A stretch of 57,752 bases of DNA, filler included, from Basidioascus undulatus (taxonomy: Eukaryota), in NCBI GenBank assembly GCA_000826855.1. It is 5 parts of 5 records of this genome, joined end to end, with 100 filler letters (N's around TTAATTAATTAA, not from the genome) between each part and the next. Parts side by side here need not be neighbours in the genome. Positions count along the whole stretch, not along the records: positions 11,592 to 23,067 come from JTLS01001002.1; positions 23,168 to 34,637 come from JTLS01001003.1; 3 more parts are not named here. One strand, 5' to 3'. This document shows, piece after piece, positions 12,341 through 26,989 of the stretch. The notes under the pieces are model-generated. The model made no database searches, was not told the DNA's origin, and saw only the letters and a program-made list of their open reading frames with translations. Each line of letters begins with the position of its first letter. Within the stretch, counting starts at the first letter, position 1. A program made the position numbers and the translations under genes.

Positions 12341-13694
12341 TCACTCCTCCACATCCGCCTCATCCTCTTCCAGCTCGGCTTCCGTCCTCCTCATCCTCTT
12401 CCAGCTCGCTCTCATCCACCAACTTCTCATCCTCTGCCGCACCGACCGCCCTCACCTCCATCCTTGTCCATGCGCCCTCCGCATGATGTCTCTCCCAGAC
12501 ATGGAGCCTGCACCGATGCTCTGACCCGTTGGTCGCGAAGCTGATTTTACGGAGTACGGGGAGCGTCTGGGCGAGCATAATGCAGGCCTTGTCAGACGGT
12601 ATGCAAGGCAATGCAGAGTCGAGGTCTGTCCGGGACCCGAGGGGACAGAGAGACACGACCGTGGCGTAGAGCGAAGAGGGAAGAGCAAACCGCAATAGCT
12701 AGCCTGTTGGACTCGTGCAGATGCCCAGAGTGGGGAGTGGGTGAGGAAGGATGGAGCGGAACTGTAATGTCAGCAAATTTATCGTCTCGAACGATGATTA
12801 TGAGTTTGGAAATGGACTAGGGCGGGCGCACAATATCTTCTTGTCCCCATCGCAGATACTCTTCAGCCACATCGCCATCAACATCCGCCACGATCCGAAC
12901 TGCGAATGCAGAGCAATTATGAATCAGAGAAATAATCGAAAATTCTACACACCATGACGAACAGAAAGCGCTGTCAGGTACGAAATTGAGGTCCAGCTCG
13001 ACAAGCTTCGGCGTTTTCGAGATCAGCCGCACGATCTTCTCGCTCGACATTAAGACGTCCGACGTTCGCAGAACGGTCAGGCCTGCCGGCGCAGGAAGAG
13101 ATTCGAGCATTTCGTCTGAATATTCGATCGCCGGGCAGTGGAACTGGCTCCACATGCCAACCGACAGCTCGCGCAAACGCGGCACGGCAAAGGATCGGAG
13201 CCGAAGTGGAGGTTCATGACAGTAAGAGATTCGAGGGTGGGCGCAATGTTTTCGAACGACTCTAGGTCCTCAGTGAGATAGACTCCCGGGATGCCGTCGT
13301 AGACTGTGTGCCAGCCGTACAAGGCGAGTCGGCGCAGCGAAGATAAAGTGGCACAGGGGAACCGGATGCTGCTGTCGTCCCTGTGGAAAACGAGAGCTAG
13401 AGCAAACACAACCGGCTCAGCTTTGTCTTAACCTGAAATCTTGAGAGGGGATAACATGCTCGCACCGGGTGAGAGGGAAGACGTGGTCAAGCTTGTGGTC
13501 AATATTGCATAACTTTGCTGGCACGCCGTCCAGCTCGACGTTGACCGTCAGCTCGGCCCATGCGATGCTCAGCAGCTCCCTGCGAAGATGCTGGCACGTC
13601 TGCGTGAGCGTGACAATGTCCTTCCTGGCGGGCAGGTGGCGGGCAATCGTGCGATGCAGCTCGGGGGAATAGAGAGAAGCGGTGAGGTCGACAT
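12341..13694 (-). pseudogene. F-box/RNI-like (LRR) gene with at least three frameshifts
   Basis: MSTSPLLSIP(P)ELHRTIARHLPARKDIVTLTQTCQHLRREL is an F-box but needs +1 C at about 13665. LRR-like segments LSSLRRLAL, LESLTV, PRLRELSV, PKLVELDL lie in two frames (shift near 13195). The acidic tail shifts again near 12380. Confidence 0.7.
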
Positions 13695-14301
13695 TGTGCG
13701 AATAGTGGACGGCGAGACGAAGTGCCAGCGAGAAAGAAAGGGGAGGAAAACAACTTCACCACGACGAGGGCCGGGGTCGCGTACTTAAGTTACGGGAAGC
13801 ATACTCACACCTGTGCCTTGTGGCCAGAGTTGGAGGAGGTTGGTGGCCGCTTCTGGACGGTATTCAAGGGCTCAGCGCCCAGTTTGCAGGCGTTCAGGCA
13901 CCTTTTCGAGTCAGTGTTCTTGCTGCGCGATAGGCCAACCACGACGCTGACATTCGTCCGTGCGTCCTTTCCGCAGATTCTGGTATGTCAAGGACTTCTT
14001 CAGAGCGCAAGTCGGAGACGTTTCTTGCCAGTGGTTGGTAAAACTCACATACCTCGCTGAGCTCTATGTACTGACCGCTTGTTCTGACTGTGGCATAAGG
14101 TGTGGGATGCCGATCTGCCCGGGGACCCCGACCGGGCCAAGTTCAGGACGGCACCTGCAGATACGATCAAGGAACTCCATAATTCTCTTATAAATGCTCT
14201 GTGTCATGCAGATCCCGCAGCTCCACCATGCTCGACAAGTACAAGGCCCAGCCCAACGAATTGAGCGCGACCCTTCAAGTCCCCGTCCCACAATGCTATA
14301 G

Positions 14302-16688
<2,387 letters not shown>

Positions 16689-17007
16689 GGTTGTTTATGG
16701 GCGATCTCTGTATCGCGTGTATTCATGCTGTACAATACACAACGCACACCACGCATACTTTGCACACGGGCCTGAGCAAAGGCTCGAACACGGCATTATG
16801 AAGCTGATCCGTACAGGAGAAAGTCAAGGTTCGAAAAGCGTGCGTTCAAGAGTACATGTTGGAGGCAGATGCAAAGAAAGAGCGGACATAGCGGGAGACT
16901 GCATGCAAAGCCAGGCGACTGAGAGGCAAAACGAGGCAAAGGTGAGGACGAGAGGACATAAACCAAGAGAAACCGGAAGAGGAAAGGAGAGAAAGGAGCC
17001 AGTCCCT

Positions 17008-20000
17008 TCAAATGTACCCGCCGTTACCATATGGGATCGGCGCGCCGAAGCCGTTCGTCGGGATAGGCATGGCGAACGACTGGCTCGGACTCACGATCGG
17101 CGGCGGGCTGTCGAAGTGCCAGAGCGGCTGCAGCTCGAAGACGCGCTGCGTGGACATCCCGCGGCGGCCGGCGCCCTGGTACGAGTCGGGGTCGACGCGC
17201 ATGACGGCGTGCACGCGCGGCGTGGGGTCGCTGTCGGGGCTGAGTTGCGGGTGGGCGAAATGCGAGGTCAGGCCGTTGCCGTTGCAGGAGCAGCGGATGT
17301 CCTGTTACGACCCAGTGCGCGTCAGTCAGATCTTGCGCAAGGTTACTGCCGAACTAAAGCGGACACATACATTGCCCCTGATGATCTGGACGAGCTTGAG
17401 CGTCTCCAAGTCGCGAACCTCGATGAAGTCCGGGTCGAAGAGCAGAATGTACGGCCAGTGGCACGCCGCGGACTCTGGACGACCCTCCCATTCGGTGACA
17501 TATTGCAGTTTGCTGAAAGGACAGGTTGAGCCTCGTCTGTACCTCGCCAAAGCATAGATGGATACGCACTGAGGGTCGCCGTGGCGGTCGACGAAGAAGC
17601 CGAACTGCTGGTAGACGAGGAGGAACTCCGACTCGCCCGACTTGCACATGGTGAGCTTGTTCACGCCCTCGCATCTCTTCAGCAGGTTGGTGACCTGCTG
17701 ATCCCGCTGGTTCTTCGGGTTATTGACGTCGGGTATCGAGCCGCCGTGGAGGGTCATGAGGTCCATGATTTCCTGCGGGCATCCCGACGTCAGCAGGCGC
17801 ACGGGGGTGGACAATCCGGACTACGCACGAAAGTCTGCTTGCCGACGATGGCGAGCTTCGCCTTGAGGAAGAGCAGGTCCGTAGAGTGGTCGGGGATGAA
17901 GAACGTCTGCCACGGTCCTCGCGGTCAGCATCGCTTGCTCCAATCGCGCAAGCCGCCCGCATACCTTGAAATCGCGGAACCCTGTTCATGTCCCGTCCGT
18001 GATCAGTATAAAGACACCTCTAACCGGGCAAGATCACTGAGCACTCACATTCCGACTTGCCACCGCCGAGAAGCCTGTTGAGCGCGTTCGACTGCTGCCG
18101 CTCCGACTGAATGTTGCCCATGTGGGGTTCGAGCACGCGGAAGACGCTATCGATGCCCTTTTTCTTCATAAGGATGACGAGCGTCCGGCCGGAGAGCTTA
18201 CCGACGCTGAAGTACGAGACGTCCCTGCTGCTGCTCATCTTCTGCGGGCTGCGCGAGAGCGCGGGTCCCCGCGTCGAGGTGGAGGAGGGAACGAGCGCCT
18301 CGATGGAGTAGGCGACCGGCATCTGCTCGGTTTCGCTTGGACGTCAGGGATGCATCAGGCGAACTGCGTAAGAAGCGAGACGAACCTTGTCGGCCAGGAC
18401 GATGAAGATGCCGAATTCCTCAAGGACGGCGCACTGCGTGACGTTCTTGAGGTGCAGCACTCGTCGCAGGGACGCCGGCTCCTGTCGGAGGCCGATCCAG
18501 AGGCCCTCCGCGCACCCAATAGCGACGAGGCGACGACCGTCGGGCGTGGCTGTATGGGTAAGACGCCGATCAGCAGAGCAGCCAGCCGGGAAGTCAGGAA
18601 GAAATCGCACTGAAGGGGACGGAGCACGTTACGAGGCCGGTAAGCGGATTGTCCTCGCTCACGGGCAGAGCACCGGGTCGCGCCACGATGGCGGGGAACG
18701 TGTCGAGGCTGAGCGGCACGAGCTCGAAGACCTGTCCGCCACCATGACCGTGTCCAGTTCAGCCGCGGATTAACTTTTCCGACTACCCTACAAAAGCAAG
18801 CGAACCTTGTTCGTTTCTTCCTGCACCTGCTGGTGCAAGAACAGCGCATTCTCGAGCTTCTCGTGCCACGTTCTGCGCGACTCTTCGGTTTCGGTGAAGA
18901 GCATGTACTCGAGGCTCGGGCGGCCGGTGGAGATGAACGTGAAGGGGTACAGCGACCGGGGGGCGCCGCTCGCGTCCGTGTCACGCCCGCCGATGCGGAT
19001 GCGGCCGACCGAGCGGTGGTGCGAGGGTCCCGCGAAGTTGTGGAGCTCGAGCAAATCGAGCGGGATGGGCTGCGAGGTTTGGGGTGGATGAGCAATTGCG
19101 GCCTCCGAGAACAAACATGCCGACACACCCGCTTCCAGAGCTGGAAGTACTTTTCGCCCGTCTTGTGCTCCTTCTCCTTGCACAGCACGACTGGTTCAGC
19201 ACACAGCGTCAGCATCGCGTTGGCCGGGGCACATGCAAGCCAAGGCTTGAAAGGGGACATACGGTAGTGATCAAAGAGCATCATGTGAATGTCGGACGTC
19301 GTGGTCGTCATAGACGTCGTGCCCTCCGAGACGCGGATGACCTTGCCCTCGTGCACGAGCGTGCGCATCTCGCTCGTCAGGTCGAGGCGCTAAACGTAGC
19401 TCCAACCGTATCAGCGGGAACCTTCCAACCCTGCAGCGGACCCTCCCGGACGGCAAGTAACGTACGACTGGCGAGCCGTCCTTCTGAAGAATGCTCTTGC
19501 TGTACTTGCGGAGCTTGACCTTTTCGGTCATGACGCCGACGTTGAGGTCGATCTCCTTGATCTTGGCCTCGATGACTTCCATCGTCTCGGGCAAGTTGAC
19601 CTGGTCTGGGTGCGACTCGGGCGTCTCCTTGAGCAGGTCCCGCATCAGGAGCGGGTACCGCTGCAAGCGCTGCGTCGGCGCCATCAGGTACGCGTTCAAC
19701 TCCTGCCGCCGCGTCTCGGGGATCCTCGAGCAACGCTGAACAGCCACGCGAAGAAGGATTCAGCATCGTCGCAAGCCAAAACGCCGGAAACCCTAACAAA
19801 AACGCACATGCAAAAACTCCCGGAACCTCTCGTTGATCGCGGTTTCTTCGTCAAGCGCGTCCTTCGCCAGCGGGTCTGCGGCGGCCCCACTCCACATCAG
19901 TACGCTCCCCCGTCGTTCGCGACGCGATAAGACTGCACTCACAGTGAGGCATGTACGTCGCGTACGCCTCGTCCCAGTTGAGCGCCGCGTCGAGCAAGCA

Positions 20001-22590
20001 GTCCGTGATGGAGTCGATTTTGGGGTGCTGCTCGCGCTGGCGGGCGTGGAGCGCACGGAGAAGACCGCGGTGGATGTCCCAGAGGTCCGCCCAGTTGCTG
20101 AAGACTTCGTAGATGAAGTGATCGATCTTGTTGTTCGGGATGATGGGCGGCTCGGCGTCGCGGAGGGGACGGATGAAGATCTGTGTGCGCGCGCATGGGT
20201 GTGCTCAGTGATACGATAAGAGGGCACGAGACTGGGAAGAGGCGATTTGACGCACCGTGTTGAAGCGCTCGAGGTCCTTAACGTAATTCTGCTCGGTCTT
20301 GATGACCTCGAAGATTTGGCTGTGGGCCGTGCAAGCGATCAGCATCAACTCCACTCGCGCACCAACCCCTCCCATCCCCGCACTCACTTCTGGCGCTTAA
20401 TCTCCTTCTTGTCCATCTCGTCGACGACCTCCTTCGGGACGAGGTCCGCCCAGCCCTGGGCCTTATGGAAGAACGGGTCCGAGACCTGCCAGCCGACGAG
20501 GGTGCTGAGGTCCTGGAGGCGCTTGACGGCCTGCATGGCCTCGACGAGGAAGCCGACGTCCGCGTTCCCCTCGGGCGTCTCCTTCAGGATCGTGTTCAGG
20601 ATCGCAGGGTAGCGCTGCAGCCTGTGCGACGGGCGAGCGATGAACGTCTTGAGGTCCTGGCCCTTGGCCTCCGGCTTGCGCTGGCACTCCTATGTACCCC
20701 ATCCCATTCCCACATCAGTCCGCCGTCCGTTATCGACTGAGTCTCTACCCTGCCACGAGGCGCACGCACCTCCAAAAACGCCCTGAACGCCTCGTTCTGC
20801 TCCGCTTCGGCCTTGATCGCCGCCTCGGCATTCGCGAGGCGCCCGACGTAATCCGGGTAGACGTCGAGCCACTCAACGAACGCGGCGAGGAAGATGTCGC
20901 CGACGGTCTGGATGACGCCCGACTGCTCGCGCTGGCGGACCTGGAGGCGCTCGACGAGGCGTCGGTTGTTTTCGCGCACGTCGAGCAGGTTCGAGAACGC
21001 GTCGTGCACAAAGTCGTCGAGCCGGAGAGCAGGGATGATGGCCGGCTTGGCAGAGAAGAGGGGGCGCATGAAGAGCTGCCACCCAGGAGGGAGGATTAGG
21101 TCGGGCTTTGTGGTGGGTTAGGGGCAGGACGCACGTTCTCGAGCGTGTCCAGGAACGAGACGTATTGCGCTTCGCTCTCGAGCGCTTGGTAGATGACCCT
21201 GCGTGCGTCCCCAGCTCAGCTTCCCATCATGTCTACCACAGAGGGAGAAAGGAACGCACGACTGCCGCTCCCGCTCATCCCTTGATAGCGTCATCAGCAG
21301 CTCGGGATCGACGTGCTCCGTCCAGTCCTGTCCACCAACACCACCTTCAGCCTCCTCCTCATCCTACTCCTTTCCGCACCACGCACCTTGCTCGCCTGCG
21401 TCTCCTCCTCTTCCTCCGTCGACGCCGCCACATGCAGGTGCAGCGCCTTCGACCTATACGGGCAGCTATAGCTATAGCACCCGCCATCCCCATTGCACAC
21501 CAAGCTGTAGCAGTTCGTGAGGCTCGTGACGACGCCCGTGGGGAGCTCGCCCGTGACGCTGCCGCCGCCGCCGCCGCCGAGCGCGTCGTCAGGGAAAAAG
21601 TACACCTCGTGCACGTCGTCCGAGACGAGGCGGATGTCGAAGTCGACCTCGAAGAAGAAGAGCTGCGACTGGAGCGAGCGCGCGATGGAGAGCGCGAGCG
21701 TGCGCGAGACGGGCGAGTCCCGGATGTGCGCGGGGAAGACCGAGCGCAGGGTGGTCTGCCATGCCGTTCCATACCCACATGCGACTTCTTAGTTATAGTG
21801 TTCGGGCGAACAGAAGGAGGAAGAGAAAGAAGGGGTAGTTGGGGGGAAGAAACGCACCACAATGTCCTTCCCCGTAAAGCCATTCTCGAATGGGATGCTC
21901 CCCTTGATGTGCGTCCCACGGGGGACACGGTCCCGCAACTGGACAGCGAGGTCCCTCAGCAGCTGCGGCTTGACCATGCTCCCCGGGTCGAACGGGACCT
22001 CGTCGTCCTCCCCAAACTCGTCATACGCAAACCCGTCCTCATCGAACCCTCCCGACGGGCCCGCACCAAAGCCGCCGTCAGCGCCGGGGACCCAGAGCCG
22101 GCCCTTGGCGTCGATGGCCGTGTAGGCGCCCCTGCCTGTCGAGGTCGTGGGGAGGGGCAGCGTCGCCGCGTGGAGGGACGAGGGCGCCGGGGACGCCCCG
22201 CCCGCGGGAGGGATGAGGTGCGTTGTGGAGCCGGACGGGGTGTGCGCGGAGGGGGGGAAGTCCGCAATGGAGATGTTGGCGCTCTGGGAGCGGTGAAGGC
22301 TCGGCGCGTACGGGTCTTCCCGCACGAGGACCTCCTCTGGCGGGGCGGGCGGGGCGAGGAACGCGTCTGGCTCGGGGGGAGGCGGCAGACTGGGCTGCCA
22401 GGTCGACGCGGAGGCCGAGGAAGACCCCGGCGAGGCGAACCCGCCGACGAACCCGTGCCCGCTGCTGCTGCCCGTCGAGGGGCTCGAGGTGTGGTGCGGG
22501 TACGACGCGAGGCTGTCGCCCGTCTGGGGCCGGCTCGAGGTCGAGCGCGGCGGGGGGTGGTACGGCGCCTGTTGTGCCGGGGGAGAGGGG
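17008..22590 (-). CDS. RGF3: Rho guanine nucleotide exchange factor, Rgf3/Tus1 type: Pro-rich, winged-helix, DH, DH, PH, CNH; native start codon not present
   Basis: LAVQLRDRVPRGTHIKGSIPFENGFTGKDIV and CYSYSCP; DH1 (..RPSHRLQRYPAILNTILKETP); DH2 (IFEVIKTEQNYVKDL..APTQRLQRYPLLMRDLLKETP); PH (SLYPFTFIS); CNH (LVAIGCAEGLWIG, VTQCAVLEEFGIFIVLADK, WPYILLFDPDFIEVR). Confidence 0.9.
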
Positions 22591-22604
22591 AGAGAGAGAC
22601 GCAC

Positions 22605-22984
22605 GTTGTGTCCGGAGAATTGATCGCCCTGCGTGCGATTCGGGAGGAAGGAATAAGCGGGTAAACAAAGTGGATGAGGGTAGGAAGAGTCTGCGTACGC
22701 TTTGCGACCCCGGCAGACCTTTGCGCCAGCCACGCATTAGCCCGCATCACAGCATCCCTTTCCCTTCTCCGACGCACCATGCAAATCAATAGTCACATAT
22801 ATCCCCTTCTCAGCAAGCATCCTATCCCTTCACGTTTATCAGCTCACACCCACACCTTACCGTATCAAGCGAGGAACGCGAGACGCACGGCAGCACCCGC
22901 TCGATCTGCTGCACCTGCCCCGCCTCCGCGAGGTACGGCTCGCCCGCGACCGTGGGAATCCAGGCCCAGAAGCCGGTGGGGATC
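22605..22984 (-). CDS. Internal fragment (4 small exons) of a glycoside hydrolase family 5 exo-beta-glucanase-like gene
   Basis: Spliced translation (R)IPTGFWAWIPTVAGEPYLAEAGQVQQIERVLP|MLAEKGIYVTIDLH|GLPGSQS|GDQFSGHN matches the GH5 motifs RIP.G.W..EPY and IDLHG.PGSQNG..SG. Confidence 0.82.
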
Positions 22985-23067
22985 CTGTGTGGGGGGTGAG
23001 TGCCTACGGGGGAGCAAAAGGAGGACGGGAGGAGAGGGGAGAAGAGGGACGGGGAAGTGAGGGAGAG

Positions 23068-23167
23068 NNNNNNNNNNNNNNNNNNNNNNNNNNNNNNNNN
23101 NNNNNNNNNNNTTAATTAATTAANNNNNNNNNNNNNNNNNNNNNNNNNNNNNNNNNNNNNNNNNNNN
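23068..23167. other. Artificial contig linker
   Basis: N44-TTAATTAATTAA-N44. Confidence 0.99.
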
Positions 23168-24468
23168 CGCTTCCCACCTCCTCCCCCGCTCTCATCTTTC
23201 TTCTGCTCTTTCTCTGAAGTTTGGGCATCAGCGATCTCGGCCTTGACGCGCGCCCACGCGTCCGCCCACCGCCCCCGGAGAAACGCGAAGCGCGCGTCCG
23301 TCCCGTGGTTTGCGAGGACGCGCAGCTCGAGGAGCGAGGGGTTGGACGCGGTGGAGAGCAGCTTGGCGGTGCGTTGCATTAGGGATAGTTGGGGGTCGGT
23401 TGGCTAGAGGACGAGGGAGGAGGAAAGGGTCAAGGGGAAAGCGAGAAACAGCAAAAATGAGAGAGGAGGGGGGAAAAGAGAGGAGGGAAAGAAACGCACC
23501 ACTTCGTCCGGCCCGCCCCACCTATCCGCCGCCCCATCCGCGTTCTCCTCACTCGCCTCCAACTCCCGCAGCCTCGCCGCTCGTCCTATCCCACGCACCC
23601 GCCCCTCCACGAGCATCAGCCTTCTACCCTTCGACAACACAAAAGGAAGGAGCAGGCAACCGCGCACCTTCCTCCAGCTTCCGCCGCTTCTTCTCGCGCC
23701 CGTAGCTCTCCGCCTCGTCCTCCGAGAGGAAGAAGACGTCCTCTGCGTCGGAGGGGAGGTGCGCGAAGCCTTCGTTCTCGTTAGAGGGGGAAGGTGGGGG
23801 TGGCGTGGGGTTGGTGGGTAAGGTCGGGCGCCGAGGGAGGGAGGTGAGGAGCAGGCGGGCATCGGTCCTATTGGGTGGGGCAAAGTAAGCATGGCGTTTG
23901 GCCAGGTCAAAGGTCATAAATGTTGGTGGGTGATGTACGGTTGTGCGATGGGTTTTGTGAGGAAGTAGGGCTGGAGATGTCCAGTCGCCGCGGCAGTCAA
24001 GCAGCCATGCAGGCGCGATGAGGGAAACAACCAATCCATGCCGCCCTCTCCTTTCATTACATACCCCATACCCGCCCTTCATTCCCTCATTCCGGTTGCA
24101 GAAAGCAGCCCCAAGCTCAACGAAGCTTACCTCTCAACCCAGACCTCCTCGCCCGCCTCCTGCTCGCCCTCAACCCAGCGCATCAAGCCCGAACCGGCGC
24201 CCGTGCCCCTCCGCTCGCCCAGCGCGCGCGCCGTCTCCGGCTGGCCGCGCGCGAGCTGAGCCTCGTACGCTTGCACGAAGAGCGCGTCCGCGCCGGTGCT
24301 GCTGCTGGAGGTCGGGTTGGGGCGGAAGAAGACGGGCTCGTCCTCGGAGGAGGAGGCGGAGTCGTCCGCGGGAGGGTACGAGTGCGAGTGCGAGGTGAAG
24401 GGGTGGGAAGACTGCCGCGAGAGCCAGTCTTGGTACTGGCGCTTGGTGCGCTGCTTACGTTTGCCCAT
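23168..24468 (-). CDS. SWAP (suppressor of white-apricot)-like splicing regulator with DRY_EERY-like and SURP domains; 3' truncated
   Basis: LFVQAYEAQL..EVWVER|TDARLLL (variant of DRYDARLLL); LPSDAEDVFFLS; SURP-like MQRTAKLLS..LELRVLANHGTDARFAFLRG. Confidence 0.78.
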
Positions 24469-24640
24469 AGAGAAACAAAGGAGGAGGGTGAGGAAGAGAG
24501 ATGAGGAAGGTAAGAGGCGAGCGCACTCTTGTCCCCCTGGCGGGCGTTACGGGTGCCCCGGCGACCCGAGCGCCCACCTCCCACTCCTATCATCACCCAA
24601 CATTCAACTTCACCCAATATTCAGCACATCCACGCGCACA
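24469..24640. promoter_or_regulatory. Compact bidirectional promoter (172 bp) between the SWAP-like and BIG1/VOA1-like genes
   Basis: Divergent ATGs at 24468 and 24641, with pyrimidine-rich leaders on each strand around a GC-rich core. Confidence 0.6.
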
Positions 24641-25722
24641 ATGCGACCATCACACTTCCTCCCTCTGCTGCTCTCTGCATCCAGCGCACTCGCCTTCAAG
24701 GGCACCACGCCTTTTCTCATCGGGTCCACTCGGCAGTAGGCACTCCCCTTCCTCCCCCCCGCAGCCTGGCCGATCGCTGATGCTGCACGCGCAGCACCCG
24801 TGCAATCGACGACTTCGTCTCGGACGGGATCGTGCCGTACTCGTCCCTCTCCCCACTCATTGAGGACGTGTGCGACCTCGGCGCAGTAGTAGTGATCGAC
24901 CAGCCGGGGGTGCGTCTTCCCCATCCTCTCCCACCCCACCTCCCTTCTTGTCGCTCATCTTCTCGACCACCCAGCTGCACGCCTCCGACCTCTCCAAGCG
25001 GCTGCACCTCCTCCGCGTTCTCGCTGAGCCGCACGTGTACCGCTCGTCCGCCAGCGTGCCGTACGTCCAGGGCGCGGACGCGGACGACTTTGTCCAGCGC
25101 ATTGCGGACTTGTGCGGGAGCAGGGTGGTCGATGCGGGCGAGCTGGAGCAGGCGTGCGTGGTTCTTTCTTGACTATTTCTGCGTGAGTATAGAGAAGCTT
25201 ATGCATGGTGGCGTGGGGGATAGTGTCGAGGGTGAGAAGTACGTCGTGCGTGTGCACGCGGAGGCGGACCTGGAGGGCTTGCCCCCGAAGGAGCGGAAAG
25301 CGGCTGTTGCGGACGAGCGTGCGTCCCTCTCCTTACTCCTCTTTCCCCTCTCCCTCCGCTCCTGCAGTACACATACTAACCCCTGCCCTCCAACCAAAGT
25401 CCTCGAAGTATACCGCACCACCCTGCCCCCCCTCCTCTCCCTCTTCCCTGGATCGCACGCCCTCCTCCTCACCTCTTCCTCCGCCCCCTCCTCCCCTCCC
25501 TCTTCCCTCTCCTCCCCCACCGCCAATCCGCAGCGCAAGGAAGGCGGCCTCCTAACGCGCTACCAGCTCCTCACACCCTCGCTGATCTCTGCCCTCCTCC
25601 TCGCCTTCGGCGTCTTCGTCCCCGTCCTCCTCCTCGTCGTCCACGCCCTGGCAGCCATCCGCGCGCCCGCGCGCTTCGTTAAGGAGAAGCAGCAGGTGGG
25701 CGGGGAGAAGAAGAACAAGTGA
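24641..25722 (+). CDS. BIG1 / VOA1 / Ac45-like ER membrane protein
   Basis: Signal peptide MRPSHFLPLLLSASSALAF; DQPG|LHASDL; GGLLTRYQLLTPSLISALLL transmembrane segment; C-terminal KKNK ER-retrieval motif. Confidence 0.8.
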
Positions 25723-26989
25723 GGGTGGGGGCGTGCAGGGGCGTGAGTCGTGACACAGTGAGGTGTGGGAGAGAGAGTGTGGTGTGCGAGAGATGGTAGG
25801 CACTTTTTTTGGAGGTGGGAATGATTATTGGTAATGCTGGATTGTGGAGTTGCTGTGAGCGAGCTGTGAGGCGCGCGGCGCTCGCAGTGATGCGAGCGGA
25901 GGGGACCCCATTCGCGATAGATGGTGCTGCGTGATCACTGAAGTCGACAATGCCACGCAGCTGTAAAAGGGGAGGAGTCAACCGAAACCTGCAGCTTGGA
26001 ATGCTTACAGACTCCACCGGCTACTGGCACAAGTTGTGTCGGAGCGAGCGACTGTACAGCGTCAGCAGTCCCAGAACCGTCTCTGTTACGCTGGGCAACC
26101 TGGCGAAAACGCAGCTTTCACACTGCGGCAGCACGGTTAAGATTGAGAGGCCTGAAACTTTTGAAGAACACTCTGACTGCTCGCTCCATTGAAAGATTCC
26201 GGTTGCGTCCATTGAGGGAAGCATGCACTGTTTGATAAGTGCAGGCCGCACGACAGCCACCACCGCCCGATTGCCTCAAAACCTTGGCCCCAGAGAAATA
26301 CAAGATCCACAAAACTCATCTGTGCCTGGTCCTCTTTCTTTTTCACGTCCTTGTACATGCATTGCGGCCCGTCTATGTACCTGCACGCACGCGGTCTTCC
26401 TGGACTGCCAGTGCGGCGCAGTACTGCGGTAGTTAGTCTCCAAAGCGACATTCTTCAGACCTCATGGTGGGACTGGTGAGTCGCTATTCTGCACAATAGA
26501 GGCGAGGGTGAAAGCGAAAGACAAGGTACTGTACCGACAACCATCAGCAAAAGGTGTGAAGACCTGCGCGTTGCAGCGCCTTGGCTGCTGAATAAATCCG
26601 ACGCTGCATCGGGAGGCGTTGTTCGACTTGGCTGAATCAACAGACCCTTTTACTGGGAGAATGATGAATGCAGGAGCTGCAAGTCGTAAGGACAACGATA
26701 GATGGTATCGAACATTTCGTCCCCCGGCCCGAGCAGCAGCTAGCAGTCTCTTTCAATCCAGCGGCTCCTGCTCGACGTCCGGCCATCCTCCCGCCATGTC
26801 CCGTCCCCACCCGACCTGCTCCCATAGAGTGTCTCCTGACAGTAGCCCCCGCCTTCCAGGCCGCCCTGGGCGACCCAAGCGCTCGCATCGAGCCCGCGGG
26901 CTTGACGATCAGCGACGCGTCGTACGTGTACGTCTCGGAGGCGTCCTTGGTCGAGCCGTTCAATCCCGTGTACGCTTCCACCTTCTTCT

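Noticed and set aside
21108..22664. 518-aa + strand ORF and similar long ORFs (16513-17529, 52971-53807)
   Set aside because: These are antisense shadows of GC3-rich genes, Arg/Gly/Ala-rich with no motifs.
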